Below, one piece after another: positions 50,016 to 60,144 of a stretch of DNA of 64,000 nt. Where the stretch lies: NCBI GenBank assembly GCA_030833925.1, contig JAURGE010000008.1, positions 6,617 through 70,616 of the forward strand, given 5' to 3'. Within the stretch, counting starts at the first letter, position 1. The number at the start of each line of letters is the position of its first letter. Source of the stretch: Alphaproteobacteria bacterium. GTDB taxonomy: Bacteria; Pseudomonadota; Alphaproteobacteria; Bin95. The translations under genes were made by a program, and so were the position numbers. The notes below the pieces were generated by a model. It searched no databases, was not told where the DNA came from, and was given only the letters and a program-made list of their open reading frames with translations.

Positions 50016-51343
50016 CTATCTACTGCCATTAATTCTGCCCAACGACGATATTGGCCAAGGAAAATTGTCTCCAAGTCCCAGGGCGTGTTCCGGCCTTTTG
50101 GCTCAATTTCAAGTTCACGTATATGTTCGTCAGCGCCGACTGAAGCCGTAGCCATCCCTCGATCAAATGGAGACCACTGAGCAAGTCGGCCCGCAACTCC
50201 AGCCTGCGTATCTTCCAGAGCTACAGAGTCGTCAGGAGTAGCCAGACCGCTAGTCAAAAAGAAATCACGAAATTTATTGAGTCGTGCCCGGCGAGCTTCA
50301 GAGCTCTCTCCCCTTGGGGCAATGCAAAAAACTTTAATTTCAGTTTTACTGGGGCTAAGGGGTCGGATTACGCGGATTTGCGTTGAAGACTGGTCCATAA
50401 GAAAAACATTAGGATAAATAAGCAGGTTACGCCCGCGCCCTACCATCCACTTCCATTTTTCCTCACCAACGAGAGGAACCAATTTATCCTTTGCTTCGTA
50501 AAGTGGCGCTGCTTCGGGAGCCCCACGATCAGACCAAATAACATTGTGACCGTGGCCAAGATCATAACAAGCAGTCTCAACAGTGCCTGGATCGAAACGT
50601 GCGTTCTCCGTTAACTTCATGCCTGAGGCATTGTTAAGTTCGTTCCGCCGCCTAACCGTTTGTGCAAAATTTCGATGCACAATCCCCACATGATAACCAT
50701 CCACACCGTTTTCTATTTGAAGCTTCCAATTACACTCCACAATGTAGGTTGAAGACCCGGGTAGTACCTCCATCCCATCAGGAGACTGATCTGCCAGCAT
50801 ATCAATAAAGGGTCTAGAATCACCTAAATGCTCTGCCAAAGCCGGCGCCTCCGGATTAAGGCTTGCAAAAATAAAACCCTTATAATTCTCAACACGTGGC
50901 AAAGGGGTAAGATTGAAGCAGGATTTATCGATGCCGTTTGGATAGCCAATCGCCTCATCTTTAATGCGAATGCAATCTCCATCAGACTTGAAAGTCCAAC
51001 CGTGGTATCGGCAAACAAAAATGCGAGCGTTGCCTTGGCGAGTTGGCGTTAGCAAAGCTCCTCTGTGTGAACAGGCATTGATGAGACCACCAATTTTGCC
51101 GTCATCTAGGCGGTTAATTATGACCGGCTGACGACCAATTTCAGTCCAAAAATAGTCTCCTGGTTTTGAAATTTGACTTTCATGGGCAACGTATATCCAC
51201 GTAGCCTCGAAAATACGCAACATTTCAGTCTCATAAACATCTGGATCGTCATACATACGCCGATCAATGCGAAAACTGCCTTCAGCAGCCCGGTCGTTGA
51301 CCATGGCGGCATAGTTGACTCCAAAACGAGACGTGTCTGGCAT
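50012..51343 (-). CDS. Rieske non-haem-iron oxygenase alpha subunit (large, α3β3 type)
   Basis: Rieske CSHRG...CRYHGW, plus an iron-binding region (VDGYHVGIVH). Start set to ATG 51343 (MPDTSRF), which has an AGGAG RBS 8 nt upstream. Starts at 51391 and 51520 are also in frame; the latter would overlap the divergent gene. Confidence 0.75.
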   Translation of the reverse strand: MPDTSRFGVNYAAMVNDRAAEGSFRIDRRMYDDPDVYETEMLRIFEATWIYVAHESQISKPGDYFWTEIGRQPVIINRLDDGKIGGLINACSHRGALLTPTRQGNARIFVCRYHGWTFKSDGDCIRIKDEAIGYPNGIDKSCFNLTPLPRVENYKGFIFASLNPEAPALAEHLGDSRPFIDMLADQSPDGMEVLPGSSTYIVECNWKLQIENGVDGYHVGIVHRNFAQTVRRRNELNNASGMKLTENARFDPGTVETACYDLGHGHNVIWSDRGAPEAAPLYEAKDKLVPLVGEEKWKWMVGRGRNLLIYPNVFLMDQSSTQIRVIRPLSPSKTEIKVFCIAPRGESSEARRARLNKFRDFFLTSGLATPDDSVALEDTQAGVAGRLAQWSPFDRGMATASVGADEHIRELEIEPKGRNTPWDLETIFLGQYRRWAELMAVDR

Positions 51344-51431
51344 GGGAACATCTCCTGCAAAGTGAACAAATATTGCAGACTTTTTTGTCATCCCTCCAGA
51401 CCGTGTAAAATTATTCTTTGAGGAGGCAAAA

Positions 51432-52613
51432 ATGGGCGAAGATTCAACCTGGCTGGTAACCCCTGTCGGGCAAAGAGCAGATGGCAGTTGGATAACTGAC
51501 ATACTTGCAGAAAGAGCCAAAGAGAATGGGCTGTCTTGGCGTTATGCAGAGGCAAACAACTTTTCTCGAGAGCGAATGGAAGTCGTTCGGGGCCTCACAG
51601 ATGATGATTTACAGCGACTTTACTATCGTCGTGGTTGGACTGATGGTTTGCCAATTATCCTACCAACACGAGCCCGTGTGCGATCTTTCTTACGACACGC
51701 AAGACAGAACGGGGATAAACTGATTGGGGAAGCAGAACCTCTTTTCGGTCAGGTAACAATAGAAAAAGCAGCTGCAAATGCCGTGATGGCAGGCTGTGAC
51801 CCAGCGCATTTTCCCTTTGTAATTTCAGCACTAGAAGCGGTTCTCGATCCTAGTTTTAATCTCCGTGGCGTTCAGACAACCGATGAGAATGTAACACCAC
51901 TTCTTTTGGTTTCGGGACCAGGGTTGGAGAGATTAGATCTTCATGGTGGCGTTGGCGCAATTGGACCTGGATGGCGAGGAAACATGGTTATCGGCCGCGC
52001 TCTAAGACTCTCAATTCAAAACTTAGGCGGTGGCTGGCCTGGCACGACGAACCTCGCAGGGCTTGGACAACCAGGCCGCCTGTGGCTTGTTTTGCCCGAG
52101 AACGAAGCAAATTCCCCTTGGCAAAGCTTACGTGAGCGACTTGGTTATTCTGCAAGTGAGACCGTGCTAATGGTTCTTAGAGCAGAGGCCACAGTTACAT
52201 GCACAGGAAAACTAGACGATCTCGCTAGCTTAATGCGTTCCTCTTTATCGGCATTCAGTCGTCTGCATGGCGGAATATGCGCGGTAGCAATTGCTCCATT
52301 TGTTGCTCAAGGGTTGGCGGAGGAAGGTTGGACAGAACAAGACGTCCGGCAGTATCTGTGGGATTTATCCCAAGCTGATCCAGATGACTATAAACGCAGC
52401 TGGGTGGTCAGCGATCTGCAACCACGATCTGGGATTACAGAATGGGCAAGCGCGGCGGTAGCCTCAGGGAAGGGTCCACCCGCCGTCGAAACACCTGATC
52501 ATATCGTTCTGGTCGTTGCAGGGGCCAACGCTGCCATCCCCCAGCATGCGTATTTTCCGACCTGGGGATTTCCAGAGGCTAAGATCATCAAAATGGTACA
52601 GCGGATCGATTGA
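51432..52613 (+). CDS. Conserved hypothetical protein (393 aa), unclassified
   Basis: Strong RBS GAGGAGG 5 nt upstream. Soluble protein with no motifs I can assign. Divergent from the Rieske operon. Confidence 0.5.
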   Translation: MGEDSTWLVTPVGQRADGSWITDILAERAKENGLSWRYAEANNFSRERMEVVRGLTDDDLQRLYYRRGWTDGLPIILPTRARVRSFLRHARQNGDKLIGEAEPLFGQVTIEKAAANAVMAGCDPAHFPFVISALEAVLDPSFNLRGVQTTDENVTPLLLVSGPGLERLDLHGGVGAIGPGWRGNMVIGRALRLSIQNLGGGWPGTTNLAGLGQPGRLWLVLPENEANSPWQSLRERLGYSASETVLMVLRAEATVTCTGKLDDLASLMRSSLSAFSRLHGGICAVAIAPFVAQGLAEEGWTEQDVRQYLWDLSQADPDDYKRSWVVSDLQPRSGITEWASAAVASGKGPPAVETPDHIVLVVAGANAAIPQHAYFPTWGFPEAKIIKMVQRID

Positions 52614-52728
52614 TATAGTGAAAACGTCTACAAAATGCTTTTTAAAACCTGATGGACGAACACCCTCCATTGCCCTATTTTCCGCGCACTGACGCTCGAG
52701 AGTCGAGCGCACGATTGGATGTTCTCCG

Positions 52729-53883
52729 ATGCGTTATTCGATTTTGTGCCTAGCAGCACTTTTTTTAGCCTACGCCTCTATAAACCCAGCCGCCGCGCAG
52801 CAACGTGGGAACAGACCACCCCCAGCTTTGGTCGGCGATGAAATCGTTCAAGAAATAGCGAGCGAAACTGCCGCGGTAGTGGGGCGGTTTGTTTCAACAA
52901 GAGGCGGTGCCGTGGCAGCTCGTATATCTGGGGCCGTTGATGCGGTGTCAGTGGAGGTAGGAGAGCGGGTTGAGGCCGGACAAATTCTAGCGGAACTCGC
53001 AACTGACCGTTTGTCTGCCGAAGTGCAACGACGTAACGCTCTATTGGAACTTACGAAAGCTCGCATCCAAACGGCTAAGACCACCCAAAAGCTGGCAGAG
53101 CAATTGTTAAACCGCCTAGAACGACTGCGCAATTCTGCAGCTTTTTCTGAAGCTTTACTCTCAGACAAGCAATTAGAGGCAGAGAGAGCAGCGGCTCAAG
53201 TAAAGGAAGTTGAAGCAGACTACGCTCGAGCACTTGCTGAACTGCAGTTAGCGAAAGTTGAGCTCGAGTATAGCCAAGTGAAAGCCCCCTACTCCGGTGT
53301 TGTGGCGGAAAGACATACTGAGGTAGGAGGTTTTGTATCTATCGGCGCTCCTGTTGTGACGCTTATAGGGGACAAAGCGCTTGAAATTGAGGTGGAGGCC
53401 CCAACAGATCGCATGGGTGGGGTGCAACCTGGCGCCAAAGCAATCGTTACTTATGGTGCAGCCTCGGGAGAGATCAGGGTGCGTGCTGTGCTGCCCCGCG
53501 AAACCGGAGTATCTCGCACTCGCACAGTACGTTTCGGACCACTGCCAAAAGAACTTGCAAAGTTAGCTATCACAAACGCGGCCGTGACGATCAACATCCC
53601 TGTAGCCGCTCCTGAGCCTGTAGTCACAATCCACAAGGATGCCATAATTCGCCGGCCATCAGGTGCCGTTGCTGTATTTGCGAAGCCCAATGAAGCCGAA
53701 CCAGGAACCTTCAATGCCGAGATCAAACCTGTTGAACTCGGTGCCGCTATCGGGCGGCGATTCATCTTGATAGAGGGGGCTTCGCCAGGTGACATAGCCG
53801 TTGTGCGAGGCAATGAAACCCTCAGACCCAATCAGACATTCAAGCTTGTCGGTAACCAACCTGCAGGAAAGTCTAATCGATGA
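52729..53883 (+). CDS. Efflux RND periplasmic adaptor (membrane-fusion protein)
   Basis: Signal peptide, coiled-coil hairpin region, beta-barrel pattern. Directly precedes the RND pump with a 4-bp overlap. Confidence 0.85.
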   Translation: MRYSILCLAALFLAYASINPAAAQQRGNRPPPALVGDEIVQEIASETAAVVGRFVSTRGGAVAARISGAVDAVSVEVGERVEAGQILAELATDRLSAEVQRRNALLELTKARIQTAKTTQKLAEQLLNRLERLRNSAAFSEALLSDKQLEAERAAAQVKEVEADYARALAELQLAKVELEYSQVKAPYSGVVAERHTEVGGFVSIGAPVVTLIGDKALEIEVEAPTDRMGGVQPGAKAIVTYGAASGEIRVRAVLPRETGVSRTRTVRFGPLPKELAKLAITNAAVTINIPVAAPEPVVTIHKDAIIRRPSGAVAVFAKPNEAEPGTFNAEIKPVELGAAIGRRFILIEGASPGDIAVVRGNETLRPNQTFKLVGNQPAGKSNR

Positions 53884-56800
53884 ACCTTATTCGCGCCGCC
53901 ATTGAGCGGCCTGTTGCGACGGTTTCTGCCGTCCTCATGATTGTTCTTTTTGGCGGTCTTGCTCTGACCACGATCCCGATCCAGCTGATCCCAGAGGTAA
54001 ATAAACCCCAAGTAACGGTGCAAACTTTATGGCCTGGGGCCGCTCCAGCCGAAGTGGAGCGGGAGATCGTCAACCGACAGGAAGAGGTGCTCCGTGGGGT
54101 CGAGAGCCTGGAAAAAATGGAGAGCCAATCCAGTACTGGACGAGGACGTGTAACCCTGACGTTTGCGGTTGGCACTGACATGGACAAGTCACTATTGCTC
54201 GTCGCGAACAGGCTCGATAGGGTGAATGGGTATCCAGATGAGGCCGATGAACCCACACTGAAGACAGCAAGTTCTGACGACAACGCCATTGCATGGTTTT
54301 CTATCCAACGTCTCCCAGGCAACGAAAGACCTATTCATACTTATCGGGACTTCGTTGAAGACTTTGTTCAGGATCGCTTTGAACGGGTACCTGGGGTTGC
54401 ATTGACCAATCTCTATGGCGGCGGCAGCAGAGAACTTCAAATAGTTGTTGATCCAGAAAAATTAGCGCAATACCGGTTAACTATCGGTGAAGTCGTTAAT
54501 CGCATCCGGACAGAGCATGCCTCGTTCTCCGCTGGCGAGCTAGACGAAGGGAAGCGAAGCTACGTCACTCGGATGGAAGGCAACCTCGACCGTCCCTCTG
54601 CCGTAGAAGACGTAGTTTTGCGTTCCGAAGTCGACCGGGCAACCGGTGCTGTTTCTCGTGTGACCGTTCGCGATGTAGCCAAAGTGGACTTTGGCTATTC
54701 TGAACCCACTGCGCGCATCCGAAGAAACGGTGCTCCAGGTATCGCTGTAAATGCCGTTCGCGAAACTGGCGCAAATGTCATCAAAGTAATGGAGGGACTT
54801 AGGGAAGCGGCTGCCGAACTTAACGATACGGTCCTTAAGCAGAACGGCCTAACCATTAAGCAAGTGTACGACGAGACGATTTACATTGAGTCTGCTATCG
54901 ACCTGGTTCAATCAAACATAATAATAGGTGGCATATTAGCATCGATGGTGCTGTTGCTGTTCCTCCGCTCCTGGCGGCCAACGGTCATTGTAGCTATTGC
55001 CATTCCCGTTTCTGTTATCGGCTCTTTTGTAGCCATGGCCGCTCTTGGTCGCTCTATCAATGTTATATCTTTAGCTGGCATTGCTTTTGCAGTGGGTATG
55101 GTTGTGGATGCTGCCATCGTTGTGCTGGAAAATATCTACAGACATCGCGAAAGAGGGCTCAGTGCGCGCGAAGCCGCTTACAAAGGTGCGAGGCAAGTCT
55201 GGGGCGCCATCTTTGTTTCCGCTCTCACCACTGTGGTTGTATTCATCCCAGTCCTGGTAACAGATCTTGAAGTCGGTCAGCTGTTCCGAGACATAGCTGT
55301 TGCAATCTCGGTTTCTGTAATTCTGTCACTTCTTGTGGCGATAACTGTAATCCCAGCCCTAGGAAAGCGGCTTCTGATCAAGGACGTTAGCGAAGAGGCA
55401 AATCGAGTTCGCATTCCCCCGCTTGACGCCTTTGGTCGGGTATTTTCAGGAACATTTATCCAGTTGGCGCGAACAGCTGTTCGTTTTCGGAGCTTTGCCC
55501 TCCTGTGGGTGGGCACCATCACGGCGGTAGCGATAGTGGGCACGGTTTTATTCTTGCCTCGGCTAGACTACCTGCCCGAGGGCAATAAAAACCTCATACT
55601 AGGCTTTATAACGCCACCTGCAGGCTACAATCTAGAGACAAGCACTAGCATCGCTCTAGATTTTGAGGACGCAACCCGTAAACGGTGGGCGTCCGAGACG
55701 GGACCAGAACCAAGTCCGGACGGCCTGCCGAAAATGAGTGATTTCTACTACGTGGCACTGGGTGAACGCGTAATAGTACTTGCGCGGTCTGTAGACCCCA
55801 CGAAAGTAAAGATGCTTCAGCGACCACTAATGCAGGAGGTGAGTAATCATCCCGACATCAGGGCTTTTTTCCGACTAGCTAGTGTCTTTGGACGTGGTAT
55901 CGGTGGAGCGCGCGTGATCGATGTTGATGTGACCGCTGTAAATCTTGAAGACGCCATCGAGGTTGCAAATGTTGTTGATCGCCGACTAGCCACTGTTTTT
56001 CCAAGACGCGATGGGCATCAAGTGCGTCCTCTACCAAGTCTGGAATTGGGTTCACCCGAGGTGCGTGTTTATCCAGATCGAATACGGCTTGCTGACAATG
56101 GGGTTTCCGCAAGGGAGCTTGGTCTAACCCTGGATGCCTATAATGACGGCCTTCGTATAACCGAAGCCACGATTGGATCCGAGCGACTGAACATGGTTCT
56201 GAAAGGGCGGGAAGACGCTGTAAAATCAACTCAAGATATTGAATCACTGCCGGTTGTATCGAAGTCAGGTATTATTGTGCCGGCTTCTAGTCTTGCCGAC
56301 ATCGTCATGACGACGGGCCCTGTTCAAGTGCGTCACAAAGAGCGTCTTAGAACTGTCACCCTAGCGTTAACACCCGCAGACGCAATGCCCCTAGAGGAGG
56401 CAATGGCGAAGGTTCAATCAGAAGTTCTGGACCCACTTGTTAAAGCAGGTCTGCCAGAGGGCGTCCACTTTCGCCTCGCGGGCACAGCTGATGAACTTGG
56501 AAAGACCAAGACAGAACTGTCTTATGACCTGCTTGTCGCACTGGTTATTGTCTTCTTAGTGATGGCTGTTCAGTTTGAAAGTTTCGTCTATCCCCTTGTG
56601 ATCCTTTTTTCCGTTCCACTTGCGACTGCAGGCGCCGTGCTTGCTCTCGGACTAATGAATATCTGGACGCTTCAAAACTTGGATATGCTGACTGTCTTAG
56701 GCTTCGTTATCTTGATCGGCGTTGTAGTGAATAATGCCATCTTGCTTGTAGATCAGACACTCCAGCATATCAGAGAAGATGGGATGATGCCGGGGGACGC

Positions 56801-57086
56801 CATAGTGGAGGCAACTCGGAACCGTATCCGGCCTATCTTCATGTCTACACTGACTAGCGTTATCGGGATGTTGCCTTTGGTTTTAGCTCCAGGAGCTGGC
56901 TCTGAACTCTACCGTGGCCTAGGTGCAGTCGTTATTGGTGGACTCGGTCTGTCCTCTGTGATGACCCTGGCCGTTGTGCCGCCATTAATGGGCCTGGTAG
57001 TTGCCCCACTAGAGCGACGCGCTGGGCGAATTAAAGCTGAGGAGCAGGCACCACTAACCTCGGCAGCTCAGGCTCCTGCTGAGTAA
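53880..57086 (+). CDS. RND efflux transporter permease (AcrB/HAE family)
   Basis: 1068 aa, 12 TM, and two large periplasmic loops. RND motifs (AIAIPVSVIGSF, GMVVDAAIVVLENI). Confidence 0.9.
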   Translation: MNLIRAAIERPVATVSAVLMIVLFGGLALTTIPIQLIPEVNKPQVTVQTLWPGAAPAEVEREIVNRQEEVLRGVESLEKMESQSSTGRGRVTLTFAVGTDMDKSLLLVANRLDRVNGYPDEADEPTLKTASSDDNAIAWFSIQRLPGNERPIHTYRDFVEDFVQDRFERVPGVALTNLYGGGSRELQIVVDPEKLAQYRLTIGEVVNRIRTEHASFSAGELDEGKRSYVTRMEGNLDRPSAVEDVVLRSEVDRATGAVSRVTVRDVAKVDFGYSEPTARIRRNGAPGIAVNAVRETGANVIKVMEGLREAAAELNDTVLKQNGLTIKQVYDETIYIESAIDLVQSNIIIGGILASMVLLLFLRSWRPTVIVAIAIPVSVIGSFVAMAALGRSINVISLAGIAFAVGMVVDAAIVVLENIYRHRERGLSAREAAYKGARQVWGAIFVSALTTVVVFIPVLVTDLEVGQLFRDIAVAISVSVILSLLVAITVIPALGKRLLIKDVSEEANRVRIPPLDAFGRVFSGTFIQLARTAVRFRSFALLWVGTITAVAIVGTVLFLPRLDYLPEGNKNLILGFITPPAGYNLETSTSIALDFEDATRKRWASETGPEPSPDGLPKMSDFYYVALGERVIVLARSVDPTKVKMLQRPLMQEVSNHPDIRAFFRLASVFGRGIGGARVIDVDVTAVNLEDAIEVANVVDRRLATVFPRRDGHQVRPLPSLELGSPEVRVYPDRIRLADNGVSARELGLTLDAYNDGLRITEATIGSERLNMVLKGREDAVKSTQDIESLPVVSKSGIIVPASSLADIVMTTGPVQVRHKERLRTVTLALTPADAMPLEEAMAKVQSEVLDPLVKAGLPEGVHFRLAGTADELGKTKTELSYDLLVALVIVFLVMAVQFESFVYPLVILFSVPLATAGAVLALGLMNIWTLQNLDMLTVLGFVILIGVVVNNAILLVDQTLQHIREDGMMPGDAIVEATRNRIRPIFMSTLTSVIGMLPLVLAPGAGSELYRGLGAVVIGGLGLSSVMTLAVVPPLMGLVVAPLERRAGRIKAEEQAPLTSAAQAPAE

Positions 57087-58213
57087 TGAATGAAGCAGAT
57101 TTCATAGTCGTTGGCGGAGGGGTAGCGGGCGCATCAGTAGCCAGAGCATTGGCGCCGCGAGCAAAGGTAATAATACTCGAGATGGAGAGCCATCCGGGTT
57201 ACCATACCTCTGGTCGGTCCGCTGCTTTATATTCAAAGAGATATAAAGAACCTTCTATTCGTGGGCTCGCTACCGCTAGCGGAAATTTCCTTGAAAACCC
57301 GCCACCTGGGTTTTCCCAAACGCCCTTACTTTCTCCCCGCGGCCTTCTAATCTTTGGACGGGAAGACCAACGTGCTGCTGTTGATGGGCAATTCACGTCA
57401 GAGCAAATTCAAGATGGGGTAGCAGAGGCGATTTCCATAAAAGATGCTTGCAGCCTGGTGCCGTGCCTTAATCCTGACTATGTGTCCTCAGCAATGTATG
57501 TGCCGGCTGCCGCTGATATTGATGTTCATGCCTTGCACCAGGGTTTTCTCTCGCTTGCACAACGGTCCGGCGCCAAGCTTATTTGTGATGCCCCTGTAAC
57601 AGCGCTTTCCTTTGCCAAGGGGAAATGGGAAGTGGGAACTCCGCGTGGCACTTTCTTCACTCCTATAATTATAAATGCTGCTGGTGCTTGGGCAGACAAA
57701 ATTGCAACCCTTGCAGGACTGACACCACTTGGAATTCAGCCGCTTCGTCGGACTTGCATTACGTTTGACCCACCATCAGGCGTAACACCAGGTTCTTGGC
57801 CTATGGCAATGGACGCAGAAGAAAATTTTTACTTCAAACCCGAAGCTGGTCGTATTCTTGCAAGTCCTTGTGATGAGCATGGTAGCCCTCCTGTTGATGC
57901 CCAACCTGAAGAGTTGGATATTGCTCATGCGGTAGATCGAGTGGAGCGCGCAACGACATTGAAGGTTCAACACATCAATCATCGCTGGGCTGGGCTTCGA
58001 TGCTTTATGGCAGACCGCAGGCCTTCGGTTGGTAAGGATAACCGTGCTGATGGCTTCATCTGGTTAGCCGGCCTAGGTGGTTTTGGAATGATGACTTCAG
58101 AAGCCTTAGGCCGCCTAGCCGCTAGTGCTGCCATGGCGGAAGCTCCACCTAAAGACATCCTCACCTCCGGCGTAGACCCTTCAAGTATTGCTCCAAGCCG
58201 ACTAGTGACGTGA
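57086..58213 (+). CDS. FAD-dependent oxidoreductase (DAO/glycine-oxidase-like)
   Basis: FIVVGGGVAGASVA dinucleotide-binding motif. Start overlaps the RND stop (TAATG). Confidence 0.75.
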   Translation: MNEADFIVVGGGVAGASVARALAPRAKVIILEMESHPGYHTSGRSAALYSKRYKEPSIRGLATASGNFLENPPPGFSQTPLLSPRGLLIFGREDQRAAVDGQFTSEQIQDGVAEAISIKDACSLVPCLNPDYVSSAMYVPAAADIDVHALHQGFLSLAQRSGAKLICDAPVTALSFAKGKWEVGTPRGTFFTPIIINAAGAWADKIATLAGLTPLGIQPLRRTCITFDPPSGVTPGSWPMAMDAEENFYFKPEAGRILASPCDEHGSPPVDAQPEELDIAHAVDRVERATTLKVQHINHRWAGLRCFMADRRPSVGKDNRADGFIWLAGLGGFGMMTSEALGRLAASAAMAEAPPKDILTSGVDPSSIAPSRLVT

Positions 58214-58228
58214 GAGGAGACTATCAAC

Positions 58229-58615
58229 ATGCCAATTAGTATCACTAGACTAGATCACTTGGTTCTAACGGTTCGTGATATCGAAGCCACGCGCAAATTC
58301 TACGAAGATGTTCTAGGTATGGAGATGCGAGGCTTTGGGGACGGACGCTTCGCCTTACATTTTGGCAATCAAAAACTGAATTTGCATGAAGCCGACCACC
58401 CCATTGACCCAAATGTTCGTCATGCAACGCCTGGGTCTGCAGACCTTTGTTTCATCACTGAAACGCCAATCGATGAGGTTGCATCCCAACTAACTGCTCT
58501 AAATATTCCTATTATAACTGGACCAGGGGAACGTACAGGGGCCCAAGGGCCTCTGCTATCGGTATATGTCTATGACCCAGACGAAAATCTTATAGAGATT
58601 GCGAATTGCATTTAG
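58229..58615 (+). CDS. VOC-family protein (glyoxalase/bleomycin-resistance/dioxygenase fold)
   Basis: 128 aa. LDHLVLTVRDIEATRKFYEDVLGM N-terminal βαβββ module. Confidence 0.75.
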   Translation: MPISITRLDHLVLTVRDIEATRKFYEDVLGMEMRGFGDGRFALHFGNQKLNLHEADHPIDPNVRHATPGSADLCFITETPIDEVASQLTALNIPIITGPGERTGAQGPLLSVYVYDPDENLIEIANCI

Positions 58616-58696
58616 TTAATCACATATAAGATTGCACCAGACCCTTTGCTTCAGCGCATTCGCTAATTTCTCTGACAATAAAGATTTTAAAAATTT

Positions 58697-59593
58697 CTAA
58701 AAACACGAAATAAGATTGCGGCCTATCTCATCCAAAAGCTGAGTATAAAAATTGGGTCCATTTGGAATATTGCTCCCTAAAGGATCGATGATCCCAAGGC
58801 GGACATTGCCTTTATTCGATAAAACTTCGACTAACTTTGGCGGATATTGTGGCTCAGTAAGCACACAAACTTCTGGATATTCACTCAGAGTCTCTCGAAG
58901 TTCTGCTAGTCTGCGAGCGCTTAGCGGAGCTGCGTCGCTATCTTTGAGGGAGCCGATAAATTTCAACTCAAACCGGCGTTCAAGGTACTGATAGGCATCG
59001 TGGTAGGCTGCAAATGGTTTTGTTTTTATCGTCGATAATTTATCGCTAAGAACTGCAAATGTTCTTTCTATTTCCGCCTGGCCAGCTTTGGCGTTGACAC
59101 GATAGCCTGAAGCATTCTGGGGATCCAAAGTGGCCAGCGTTTCAGCGATAGTGTTTAGCCATCTGGAAGCTATTTCTGGGTCAAGCCAAGCATGAGGATC
59201 AAATTGCTTGTGGGAATCGAAATGCTGGTGCGAATGACCATGGCTGTGCGTGGTCTGGACTGGAAGCAGCAATTCGCCAGATAAAGGAAGTAACGCTACC
59301 GATTCTGCATTTCGCGCAATATTTTCAATGGGCTTCTGAAGCCAAGGCGTCAAAGACGAGCCAACCCAAAAGACCACATTTGCTTGGCTCAGTGTTTTAG
59401 TCTTGGAAGGGGATAAGCTAAAATAATGGGCCGAGACCCCTGGCGGTACTATAAGACTCGGACTTCCAACACCAGTCATCACCCGAGAGACTAGACCATG
59501 CACTGGTGCTATATCGGTAATAACTTGAGGAGCAGCCGATGATTGAACTGAGGAAAAGGCACTCAACAGAAGAGCACAAAAAATAATACGCAT
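58697..59593 (-). CDS. znuA: Zinc ABC transporter substrate-binding protein ZnuA
   Basis: Cluster A-I SBP with a His-rich loop HSHGHSHQHFDSHKQFDPHAW. Divergent from zur-znuCB. Confidence 0.85.
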   Translation of the reverse strand: MRIIFCALLLSAFSSVQSSAAPQVITDIAPVHGLVSRVMTGVGSPSLIVPPGVSAHYFSLSPSKTKTLSQANVVFWVGSSLTPWLQKPIENIARNAESVALLPLSGELLLPVQTTHSHGHSHQHFDSHKQFDPHAWLDPEIASRWLNTIAETLATLDPQNASGYRVNAKAGQAEIERTFAVLSDKLSTIKTKPFAAYHDAYQYLERRFELKFIGSLKDSDAAPLSARRLAELRETLSEYPEVCVLTEPQYPPKLVEVLSNKGNVRLGIIDPLGSNIPNGPNFYTQLLDEIGRNLISCF

Positions 59594-59618
59594 CTCTCAC
59601 CTTTTAGTTTTACCAGAT

Positions 59619-59630
59619 ATGTAATAACAT
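59619..59630. promoter_or_regulatory. Candidate Zur box in the znuA / zur-znuCB divergent intergenic region
   Basis: ATGTAATAACAT (context GATATGTAATAACATAACG). One mismatch to the alphaproteobacterial Zur-box core ATGTTATAACAT as I recall it. Confidence 0.4.
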
Positions 59631-59667
59631 AACGTTTCTAATATGCAATTAGAAAAGAGTTACTGCT

Positions 59668-60144
59668 ATGCGTGCCTTTGAAGAGCATGACCATCAGAAG
59701 TGTCGTCAGGCTGGGATCGCTGTCGCTGAGGCTAAGTGTAAAGCTGCAGGCGTCCGACTGACAGATGTTCGTCGGCGCGTTCTAGAAATCCTTTTGGAGA
59801 GCCATCAGGCAATTGGTGCCTATCAAGTTTTGGCCCGTCTGCAAGAGGAAGGCCATGGAAGTCATCCTCCCCTCGCTTACAGAGCCCTCGAATTTCTTGT
59901 TCAAAACGGTCTAGCCCATAAGCTGGAAAGCGCCAACGCATTCGTAGCATGCGCAGCACCGGAGGTGGGACATAACCCAGCTTTCTTCATTTGCCGATTA
60001 TGTGGGTCCGTAGCAGAAGATGAAGACTTCTCAATCGCCCGAGCCCTCAACAAAGTAGCAAACGAAGCCAAATTTAAAGTGGAAACGACTGCTGTTGAAC
60101 TTGAAGGCCTATGTTCTTTTTGCCAGCAAGGTTGTGAATTGTGA
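59668..60144 (+). CDS. zur: Fur-family zinc uptake regulator Zur
   Basis: 158 aa. Winged-helix region RLTDVRRRVLEIL. Metal sites (HNPAFFICRLCGS...CSFCQQ). Heads the znuCB operon. Confidence 0.8.
   Translation: MRAFEEHDHQKCRQAGIAVAEAKCKAAGVRLTDVRRRVLEILLESHQAIGAYQVLARLQEEGHGSHPPLAYRALEFLVQNGLAHKLESANAFVACAAPEVGHNPAFFICRLCGSVAEDEDFSIARALNKVANEAKFKVETTAVELEGLCSFCQQGCEL

Noticed and set aside
50012-51520. 502-aa version of the Rieske alpha subunit
   Set aside because: It would overlap the divergent gene at 51432 and has no RBS. An internal ATG at 51343 has an AGGAG 8 nt upstream, so it is preferred.
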